DNA of 64,000 nt from assembly GCA_034002785.1 (NCBI GenBank), contig JAVEZX010000003.1, forward strand, positions 831-64,830, given 5' to 3'. The notes under the pieces are model-generated. The model searched no databases. It saw nothing but the letters and a program-made list of their open reading frames with translations, and was not told the origin of the DNA. Origin of the DNA: Bacteroidales bacterium (GTDB lineage Bacteria > Bacteroidota > Bacteroidia > Bacteroidales > VadinHA17). Below, piece by piece: positions 57,322-64,000 of this stretch. Position numbers and translations under genes: made by a program. How positions within the stretch are numbered: position 1 is the first letter of the stretch; every line of letters starts with the position of its first letter.

Positions 57322-59148
57322 ATGAAATCTTTACTTATTCCGGGACTCTTTGTCATTGCCGGCGTGATGACATTTTGCAACACTGAAAAGGAATCCGCAT
57401 GGAAACCTGCTGAAAGTCCGCTCCTCACGGTCTGGAGTGAGAGTATCGACCCGGCGGCGCCGTGGCCTGAGTACCCGCGCCCGGGTATGGAGCGGGATCA
57501 ATGGATGAGTCTGAACGGTCTGTGGGACTATGCAATATGCCCGAAGGAGGCTGATCGCCCTGCGCCCCAGGGAAAAATAGTTGTCCCCTACCCCGCTGAA
57601 TCAGCCCTCTCCGGGGTTAAGGCCCGTATTACCGACTCGCTTGCTCTCTGGTATTCACGTGAATTCACAATCCCAAAAGACTGGAAGGGGAAGCAGTTGA
57701 TTGTTAATTTCGAGGCGTCGGACTGGGAGACTACGGTCTGGATAGACGACAATTTTGCTGTCAGCCACCGGGGCGGATATGATCCGTTCTCATGCAATAT
57801 CAGCCCCTTTCTGGCAGATGCCAAAGTACACAGCATAGTGGTTAAAGTGACGGATCCGACCGACAGGGGCCGTCAGCCGAGAGGGAAGCAGGTGCTCAAG
57901 CCGGGAGGAATATGGTATACACCCACCAGCGGAATCTGGCAGAGTGTATGGATGGAGCCGGTTGAAAAGACATGGATAGGCGATCTGCAGATCGTACCGG
58001 ATATTGACAGGGGTGAACTCAGCGTGACAGTAATCGAAGAACGATGCCAGGGTCCGGAGGGTTGTCCGCCGGTAGATATGGCACCATCACTTGCGGAAGT
58101 GACACTGCTGAAGGATGGACAAACAGTGGCTGTCAGGTCAGGTTTAACCGGCACTGCGCTTACCCTTACGGTACCTGATGCAAGGCTATGGAGTCCGGAG
58201 GATCCCTTTCTCTACGATCTGAATGTCAGGCTGATCACCGCCGGCGAGGTGACAGACAGGGTGAAATCATATGCAGGAATGCGGAAGATATCGCTCGGGA
58301 CCGGGGAGGACGGCTTCACCCGCATCATGCTCAACAACAAGTTCGTATGGCAGAATGGTCCGCTTGACCAGGGATTCTGGCCTGACGGACTGTATACCCC
58401 ACCGTCAGACGAGGCGATGCGGTATGATATCGAGATGCTTAAGAAGATGGGATTCAATATGCTCAGAAAGCATGTAAAGGTTGAGAACCGGAGATTCTAC
58501 TACCATACTGACCGGATGGGAATGCTTGTATGGCAGGACATGCCCAGCGGTGATGATTACATATGGGGTGACAGGCCGGACATATCAAAAAGCCCGACAG
58601 ACTCCGCACTTTTTATTACCGAGCTGACAAGGATGATAGAGACGAAGTTCAACAATCCTTCAATTGTCATGTGGGTGGTATACAATGAAGGATGGGGACA
58701 ATATGACACCCCCGGGGTGACAGATTATGTAATGGCACTTGACACCACAAGACTTGTCAACAGTGCGTCAGGATGGACCGACCGTGGAACGGGACATATT
58801 CTTGACATTCACCACTATCCGGAACCGGTCGCCCCGCAGGCTGAAAGAGAGAGGGCTGTTGTGCTTGGTGAGTTCGGCGGCCTGGGTCTGCCTGTCCAGG
58901 GGCACACCTGGGAGCAGAAGAACTGGGGTTATGAGAAGATGGGTGACAGCACGGCACTGCTGAGGAAGTACGAAGATTTCTATGCCCTTGTGAGGCAGAT
59001 GGTAGTTGAGAAGGGTCTTAGCGCCACGGTCTACACCCAGACCACGGATGTGGAGACGGAAACCAACGGCCTGATGACCTATGACCGCAAGGTGGATAAG
59101 ATGGGATTTGAGAACGTGAGGAGGGCCATGTCGGGTATTAGGCAATAG
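57322..59148 (+). CDS. glycoside hydrolase family 2 protein (exported/lipoprotein)
   Basis: Sugar-binding-domain pattern (LNGLWDY, WYSREF), a candidate acid/base in WVVYNEGWG and a candidate nucleophile in VLGEFGG. An N-terminal signal carries a Cys. Confidence 0.75.
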   Translation: MKSLLIPGLFVIAGVMTFCNTEKESAWKPAESPLLTVWSESIDPAAPWPEYPRPGMERDQWMSLNGLWDYAICPKEADRPAPQGKIVVPYPAESALSGVKARITDSLALWYSREFTIPKDWKGKQLIVNFEASDWETTVWIDDNFAVSHRGGYDPFSCNISPFLADAKVHSIVVKVTDPTDRGRQPRGKQVLKPGGIWYTPTSGIWQSVWMEPVEKTWIGDLQIVPDIDRGELSVTVIEERCQGPEGCPPVDMAPSLAEVTLLKDGQTVAVRSGLTGTALTLTVPDARLWSPEDPFLYDLNVRLITAGEVTDRVKSYAGMRKISLGTGEDGFTRIMLNNKFVWQNGPLDQGFWPDGLYTPPSDEAMRYDIEMLKKMGFNMLRKHVKVENRRFYYHTDRMGMLVWQDMPSGDDYIWGDRPDISKSPTDSALFITELTRMIETKFNNPSIVMWVVYNEGWGQYDTPGVTDYVMALDTTRLVNSASGWTDRGTGHILDIHHYPEPVAPQAERERAVVLGEFGGLGLPVQGHTWEQKNWGYEKMGDSTALLRKYEDFYALVRQMVVEKGLSATVYTQTTDVETETNGLMTYDRKVDKMGFENVRRAMSGIRQ

Positions 59149-59159
59149 GCTATAAGCTT

Positions 59160-59191
59160 AAAGTCGAAAGTCTGTAAAGTTGAAAGTCTTA
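59160..59191. repeat. imperfect 16-nt tandem duplication
   Basis: aaagtcgaaagtctgt / aaagttgaaagtctta, 13 of 16 positions identical, in the GH2/HD convergent spacer. Confidence 0.7.
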
Positions 59192-59229
59192 AGGTTTGGT
59201 GGTCTTGTATTCTGATTATTAATTTTTCA

Positions 59230-59258
59230 CTATTGCCTATTGCCTATTGCCTATTGCC
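59230..59258. repeat. heptanucleotide tandem repeat (tattgcc) x4
   Basis: Four perfect head-to-tail copies at 59231-59258. An inverted 11-nt match aggcaataggc spans the GH2 stop codon at 59140-59150. Confidence 0.85.
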
Positions 59259-59260
59259 TT

Positions 59261-59296
59261 CAAAAGCAGACTGATCAAACGATCAGTCTGCTTTTG
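59261..59296. terminator. bidirectional stem-loop between convergent GH2 and HD genes
   Basis: Perfect 16-bp stem caaaagcagactgatc/gatcagtctgcttttg with loop aaac. The stem ends in a U-run in both orientations. The right arm encodes the last codons of the HD gene. Confidence 0.6.
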
Positions 59297-59826
59297 AATG
59301 GCAGGAATGTCATGAAGTCTGCGTGATGTACAATGTAGGCTTCGGTGGTGCGCTTCACCAGGTCTCCCTCATGGGCGTGGGCAGCAATTATATGACACAC
59401 TTCAGGCGGTACGCCGCACTCCTCAGCCAGGCTGACGCCTGAGAAGGGGTGCCTGAGATACTGACCATATTTACCCTGTACTGCCTTGCCGGATGCATCA
59501 AGCTCATACTCAAGCATCTTCCCGACATCAGCAAGAATGGCGCCTGAGATCAGCACATCCATATTGACCGGCAGGTCATTGCGAAAGAACCCGTTCATTT
59601 TAATGCCTGCTTCACGAGCCACATGAACCACACATCGCTTGTGATCCATGAAAGTTACCTTCAGGTCCGGTCCGCAGAGCAGTGTAAAGGGTATCCGGTT
59701 CAGGTCCTCAGCTGTGAGAACGCTTCGCTCCAGAGCCACTTCCCACGTACGTGCTGTTTTCTCCCGGAGGTCCGGGTCACTGATCCATTCCAGTTCGGGC
59801 CAGAGTTTTTTTATCTCCTCGGTCAT
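59275..59826 (-). CDS. HD-domain metal-dependent phosphohydrolase
   Basis: 183 aa with His/Asp-containing blocks (CVVHVAREAG, ILADVGK, IIAAHAHEGD, VHHADF) compatible with an HD fold. Specific function is unknown. Confidence 0.65.
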   Translation of the reverse strand: MTEEIKKLWPELEWISDPDLREKTARTWEVALERSVLTAEDLNRIPFTLLCGPDLKVTFMDHKRCVVHVAREAGIKMNGFFRNDLPVNMDVLISGAILADVGKMLEYELDASGKAVQGKYGQYLRHPFSGVSLAEECGVPPEVCHIIAAHAHEGDLVKRTTEAYIVHHADFMTFLPFKSRLIV

Positions 59827-59832
59827 GGCAGT

Positions 59833-61029
59833 CTACTTTAATCGTTCGATAACGGCATCTGTCATCTGTATGGTAGAAGCTGCACCCATTGTAACCACCT
59901 CGGGCTTACCGGTCATCTTCATCATATCATAGGTCTTCACCCTGCCCTCTTCGATGACCTCGGCGACAGCCTTGCGGATCCGGGCGGCAATGCCCTTTTC
60001 ATCAATATAGTCAAGCATCATGCAGGCAGATTCGATCATTGCGATCGGGTTCACTATGGAAACCTCATAGCCGGCGTACTTGGGAGCTGAGCCGTGTGTA
60101 GGTTCGAAAACACCAATGCCATCCTCCGAGAACTGAGCGCTGCAGGCAAAGCCCAGACCGCCTATCAGTCCCGCGAAGGCATCTGATACGATATCACCGA
60201 ACATATTTCCTGCCACTATTACTCCGTAGTCCTCGGGGTTCTTTGTCAGCCACATCATCTGTGCATCAATGTTGGTGTTCCACAGCTGGATTGCCTGGAA
60301 TTCATTCTTCTGCATCTCCTTGGCTATTTTCCACATGAGGCCGGATGTCTCACGGATCACGTTTGGTTTTTCGCAGACGGTGACTGATTTGTAACCGTAT
60401 TTTACTGCGTGTTCAAAAGCAGCCCTGACGATGCGCTCAGTATATTTCTTTGTGAAGATCCTGGTTGAGACAGCCAGTTCTTCTTTCGGGCACCAGCCGA
60501 AATTGTCCCTGAACTTGGGATGAGTCATCAGTGCGTCATATACCTGCTGCGGAGGATTGGACCACTCCACGCCTCCATAGAGACCCTCGGTGTTCTGTCT
60601 GAAGATAACCACATCAACCATTGGTTCTTCCGGGTTGCCGTCCTTGCCGCGACGGATAAAATTAAGAGGGTTGCCCTTGTAACTGTGGCATGGTCTGACG
60701 CAGATATCGAGGCCAAAGTGCTGCCTGAGGCCCACGATGGGGCTGCTGTAGGTAAAACCTTTCCCCTGCAGGGCCGGTGAGAGCTCGGCAGCGGCGTCAT
60801 CCTTAGGTTTTGAGGTGATGGCACCAAAGAGTGCGATCTTATGTTCAGCTATCAGGTCAATAGTACGCTGAGGCAGTGGGTTGCCTTCGCGGCACCAGAA
60901 ATCCCAGCCGATATCCCCGTATACATAATCAGCTTCAAAACCAGCCGCATCCAGGACGCGGATTGCCTGTTTCAGAACAACGGCGCCGATGCCGTCACCC
61001 GGCAGGGCCACAATAGTACGTTTAGCCAT
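59833..61029 (-). CDS. isocitrate/isopropylmalate dehydrogenase family protein, IDH-like
   Basis: IVALPGDGIG, GLRQHFGLDICVRP, VIFRQNTEGLYGG, GNMFGDIVSDAFAGLIGGLG and EPTHGSAPKYAG blocks of the beta-decarboxylating dehydrogenase family. Confidence 0.8.
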   Translation of the reverse strand: MAKRTIVALPGDGIGAVVLKQAIRVLDAAGFEADYVYGDIGWDFWCREGNPLPQRTIDLIAEHKIALFGAITSKPKDDAAAELSPALQGKGFTYSSPIVGLRQHFGLDICVRPCHSYKGNPLNFIRRGKDGNPEEPMVDVVIFRQNTEGLYGGVEWSNPPQQVYDALMTHPKFRDNFGWCPKEELAVSTRIFTKKYTERIVRAAFEHAVKYGYKSVTVCEKPNVIRETSGLMWKIAKEMQKNEFQAIQLWNTNIDAQMMWLTKNPEDYGVIVAGNMFGDIVSDAFAGLIGGLGFACSAQFSEDGIGVFEPTHGSAPKYAGYEVSIVNPIAMIESACMMLDYIDEKGIAARIRKAVAEVIEEGRVKTYDMMKMTGKPEVVTMGAASTIQMTDAVIERLK

Positions 61030-61141
61030 AGTTGTATCAGTTAATCTGTGTATTTCGTTTCCCGTAAAAATATAGTTTTTATTGTGTTAAAAAAAAGAGT
61101 TTCAGCAGGTAAAATTCATAAAGGTTGCGAAGGAAAAAAAC

Positions 61142-61149
61142 TATATTTG
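61142..61149 (+). promoter_or_regulatory. Bacteroidota-type -7 promoter box for pepD
   Basis: tatatttg is a perfect TAnnTTTG inside ctatatttgccgcc, with 35 nt between the box and ATG 61185. It lies inside the spurious N-terminal extension of track ORF 61125. Confidence 0.5.
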
Positions 61150-61184
61150 CCGCCAAACCGCACAACATTAAGAATAAGAACAGC

Positions 61185-62651
61185 ATGGGTGAACTGGGGG
61201 AGATGAAACCAAGGAAGGTTTGGGGTTACTTTGAAGAGATAAGCAAGATACCCAGATTGTCCAAGAATGAAGGAAGAATCAGGGCTTACCTGCTTGATTT
61301 TGCGCAGAAGCACAACCTCGAGGCAAGAGAAGACAGCGTCGGAAACATACTTATCATAAGGGAAGCAACTCCGGGTAAGGAGAAGGTGCAGACTGTGGTT
61401 CTGCAGAGCCATCTTGACATGGTAGGTGAAAAGAATGCCGCTCATCCTCACAACTGGGCTGAAGATCCCATCATCCCGGTGGTTGACGGCAAGTGGGTTA
61501 CCGCCAGCGGTACCACCCTCGGAGCGGATGACGGTATAGGCATTGCGGCCCAGATGGCGGTTCTGACGGAACCGTACCTGCAGTGCGGACGCATAGAGTG
61601 CCTTTTTACAGTTGACGAAGAGTCAGGGATGACCGGAGCAATAAATCTGAAGCCCGACTTCTTCAAGGGACGTATCCTGCTGAACCTCGATTCTGAAGAT
61701 GAAGGAATTCTTTTTATCGGATGTGCCGGCGGCATTGACACACAGGCACTGCTGCCCTATACGCCTGAGAAGGTAAGCAGGGGACACAAGGCCATGAACA
61801 TATCCGTCACCGGTCTGCATGGCGGCCATTCAGGCGATGAGATACACAAAGGCTACGGCAATTCCATAAAGATCATCTCGAGGCTGTTGCAGGATCTTGA
61901 AAGGAAATATGATATCAGGATCAGTAACTTTTCCGGTGGCAACCTGCGCAACGCCATTCCCAGGGAAGCGTTTGTCACGGTCACATTCAATCCTGCCTTT
62001 GAGGAAAAGATACTTGCCGACACGTCATCATACAATACCCTTGTCAGGGATGAGTATGGCTCGCTTGAGCCGGAGCTGAAGGTGGCTGCCACCCCTGCCG
62101 ATATACCTGAGACCGTCCTTGACGGAGCAACACAGCACAGGCTGCTCGGTGCGCTGAGTATAGTACCTCACGGAGTAATCGGATGGTCCAAGGAGATTCC
62201 TGACCTGGTTGAGACATCAAGCAACCTCGCAACCATCAGGCTTACTGACAACAACATGATACATGTAGTCACAACGCAGCGAAGCTCCTCCGAGGAGGCG
62301 AAGCATTATGCTGCCATGAAGGCTGAGACAAGCTTCGATCTCGCCGGGGCTACAGTGACACATTCAGACGGCTATCCCGGCTGGCAGCCGAATATGAACT
62401 CGGCCATCTTGAGGCTGATGATTGACTCATACCGTAAACTGTTCGGCAAAGTACCGCAGGTTAAGGCAATACACGCAGGTCTTGAGTGCGGTCTGATCCT
62501 CGAAAAGTACAAGGGAATAGATATGATTTCGTTCGGTCCCACGATCAAGGGAGCACACACTCCTGAAGAGAGGATCGAGACGGAGACCGTCCAGATGTTC
62601 TGGGACCTCCTCATTGATGTGCTCAGGCACATCCCCGAAGAGGGAAACTAA
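61185..62651 (+). CDS. pepD: aminoacyl-histidine (Xaa-His) dipeptidase, M20C
   Basis: PRKVWGYFEEISKIPRLSKNE, LQSHLDMV, GTTLGADDGIG and FTVDEESGMTGA blocks, at about 488 aa like PepD. An alternative start is ATG 61203. Confidence 0.9.
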   Translation: MGELGEMKPRKVWGYFEEISKIPRLSKNEGRIRAYLLDFAQKHNLEAREDSVGNILIIREATPGKEKVQTVVLQSHLDMVGEKNAAHPHNWAEDPIIPVVDGKWVTASGTTLGADDGIGIAAQMAVLTEPYLQCGRIECLFTVDEESGMTGAINLKPDFFKGRILLNLDSEDEGILFIGCAGGIDTQALLPYTPEKVSRGHKAMNISVTGLHGGHSGDEIHKGYGNSIKIISRLLQDLERKYDIRISNFSGGNLRNAIPREAFVTVTFNPAFEEKILADTSSYNTLVRDEYGSLEPELKVAATPADIPETVLDGATQHRLLGALSIVPHGVIGWSKEIPDLVETSSNLATIRLTDNNMIHVVTTQRSSSEEAKHYAAMKAETSFDLAGATVTHSDGYPGWQPNMNSAILRLMIDSYRKLFGKVPQVKAIHAGLECGLILEKYKGIDMISFGPTIKGAHTPEERIETETVQMFWDLLIDVLRHIPEEGN

Positions 62652-62711
62652 CCGTTCCCTCGGAATTCACTCCCGGATCATTGCACCGGGCTTTCACATA
62701 GTCCGGGAATC

Positions 62712-62879
62712 CTAGTCGAACTCCTCGAATTCGTCAGGCGGTGCACCGCATACCGGGCATGCCCATCCTGACGGAAGGTCTTCGAAAGCCGTTCCCGGAT
62801 CAACATCGCTGTGCGGATCTCCTGTTTCCGGATCGTAGATATATCCGCATACCGGGCACCTGTATTTTTTCATCTCCAT
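62712..62879 (-). CDS. rubredoxin
   Basis: Own translation of the minus strand: [55 protein letters not shown]. Both CxxCG knuckles and the conserved Y.YD / F.DLP / W.CP context are present. At 55 aa it falls below the track cutoff. It lies 10 nt downstream of citF. Confidence 0.9.
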   Translation of the reverse strand: MEMKKYRCPVCGYIYDPETGDPHSDVDPGTAFEDLPSGWACPVCGAPPDEFEEFD

Positions 62880-62889
62880 ACCAGATAAT

Positions 62890-64000
62890 TTATTTTTTCA
62901 CTTTGCGAACGGCATCAATCACAGTCCCGTCAACCCACTTAATTGCAGCCACAACCCTGTCGTCAAACGCAGCCTTTTCCGGCTTGCCGCAAATTTTTTC
63001 AGCGGTCTCCCTCAACTCTTCAATTGTCACCAGCGGCAGCCCCTTTCCCCGTACGGAGTCTATCAGATCCTGCCTGCGCGGGTTGATTGCAATACCTCTC
63101 TCTGTAATAATAACGTCTATCAGCTCGCCGGGGCCGCAGAGGGTAGTCACGCGGTCAACAATCACCGGAATCCTGTCGCGGAACAGCGGAACGGGTATTA
63201 TCACGTTCCTGGCGTGGAGACAATTCTGCCAGCCGCCAATACCATGCAGCAGAAGGCCGTCAGAGTGGGTGACGACGTTACCGTTGAAATTTGTATCTAT
63301 CTCCGTGGCTCCCAGTATCATGATGTCCATCATGGTGGTCAGGTTGCCTTTTGAATGGTAGTTGTATGCGTTGAAGACAGGGTAAGGGATATGGTTAAGG
63401 TTCTTTTCGATCGATTTCACCGAATCAAGGTCGAAGGCCTGGGCATCAAGTATTGCTCCCATCTGGCCCTCTTCGAGCATATCAACCATATATTTTGTAC
63501 TGCCTCCGAAGCCAAAGCTGAGCTTCCAGCCCTTCTTCTTAAGCATCTGGTGCACGAAGACAGCAATGGCAAGGCTTGTTCCGCCAGCCCCAGCCTGCAT
63601 TGTTGCGCCGTTGCGAAGCAGCCCTGATTTCTCAAGAAATGATGCTGTCAGTTCGGCAATCAGCAGCCTGTCAGGGCTTTTGGTAATCTGGGTGGTACCC
63701 GAGACGATTTTTTCAGGGATGCCTATCTTGTCAACAACGACTACATAGTCGACGTAGTTACCCTCTATTTCCATTGGCCAGCATGGAAGGTCAACCAGGT
63801 TATCAGTAACAACGATTACCTTCTCAGCGTAGAGATAATCTGGTTTCGCGTAGCCAATGACACCTGTTGCCGAGGGTCCGCCGGTTCCTTTCGCATTTCC
63901 GAAGGAGTCTGCAGCCGGTGCTGCCAGTACGGCGATATCTATTTTCACCTCTCCGTCCTGTATTGCCTGCACGCGTCCGCCGTGAGACCGGAGTACAGCC
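62890..64000 (-). CDS. citF: citrate lyase alpha subunit / citrate CoA-transferase family (5' end outside window)
   Basis: The frame stays open to the window edge; the track's M at 63972 is an internal [49 protein letters not shown] and the C-terminal [13 protein letters not shown] match my recollection of CitF. Confidence 0.75.
   Translation of the reverse strand, partial: AVLRSHGGRVQAIQDGEVKIDIAVLAAPAADSFGNAKGTGGPSATGVIGYAKPDYLYAEKVIVVTDNLVDLPCWPMEIEGNYVDYVVVVDKIGIPEKIVSGTTQITKSPDRLLIAELTASFLEKSGLLRNGATMQAGAGGTSLAIAVFVHQMLKKKGWKLSFGFGGSTKYMVDMLEEGQMGAILDAQAFDLDSVKSIEKNLNHIPYPVFNAYNYHSKGNLTTMMDIMILGATEIDTNFNGNVVTHSDGLLLHGIGGWQNCLHARNVIIPVPLFRDRIPVIVDRVTTLCGPGELIDVIITERGIAINPRRQDLIDSVRGKGLPLVTIEELRETAEKICGKPEKAAFDDRVVAAIKWVDGTVIDAVRKVKK

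Noticed and set aside
62640-62661. A 7-bp hairpin gagggaa/ttccctc spans the pepD stop codon.
   Set aside because: The stem is short, no U-tract follows, and a competing 7-bp repeat (tcccgga/tccggga) lies nearby. Support is not strong enough to call a terminator.
62741-63361. A 206-aa plus-strand ORF from the track.
   Set aside because: It is antisense to both the unambiguous rubredoxin and the citF-like gene, and has no motifs. It is a by-product of their codon usage.
1-64000. I looked for tRNA, rRNA, CRISPR arrays, IS elements, integrases, phage genes and toxin-antitoxin pairs.
   Set aside because: Non-coding gaps are all 338 nt or shorter. None shows cloverleaf-like or repeat-spacer structure, and no ORF has transposase, integrase or defence motifs. 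Detection by eye is imperfect, so tRNAscan or Infernal should confirm.

Overview
This window looks like an ordinary chromosomal, housekeeping-dominated segment of a Bacteroidota-type genome. The taxon is an inference from four things: a T9SS type-B C-terminal sorting domain, DUF3078/DUF4197-type envelope proteins, divergent tsaD/tamB, and several perfect TAnnTTTG -7 promoter boxes with no obvious Shine-Dalgarno sites. I support about 62 protein-coding genes, most in tightly packed or 4-nt ATGA-overlapping co-directional runs. I recognised no rRNA, tRNA, CRISPR array, transposase, integrase or phage genes, and I see no convincing defence island or mobile element.

Main blocks:
- 241-5389: SDR/DUF2867, a steroid-5-alpha-reductase-like protein, a membrane protein and a prolyl oligopeptidase.
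- 5728-14935: an 11-gene aerobic respiration operon. It holds an HMA copper chaperone, a TAT-exported NrfC-like FeS protein, an NrfD-like membrane subunit, a monoheme cytochrome c, DoxX, SCO1, caa3 oxidase subunits I/III/IV/II and heme O synthase.
- 14974-26204: exported peptidases/serine hydrolases (one tandem duplication), a PrsW protease, and a nagA-ROK-MFS-SIS(UPF0309)-UroD-like-patatin run.
- 26290-30423: exported or membrane proteins of unknown function.
- 30437-62651: upp, a nucleoside permease, zupT, tsaD, tamB, exbB-exbD-tonB, glyA, a ClC channel, an M16 peptidase pair with a T9SS cargo protein, a RelA/SpoT homolog, fur, purA, an acyl-CoA synthetase, GH2, an HD protein, an IDH-family dehydrogenase and pepD.
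- 62712-62879 (-): a 55-aa rubredoxin that is absent from the supplied ORF track, lying downstream of a partial citF.

The most interesting item is the stripped-down ACIII-like quinol:cytochrome c module joined to an A2-type (YSHPAV) caa3 oxidase. Next is the amino-sugar-like operon carrying a UPF0309 SIS protein and a UroD-family protein with an MT2-type His-x-Cys...Cys triad. All family assignments come from reading motifs by eye, with no database search, so product names are hypotheses of graded confidence.
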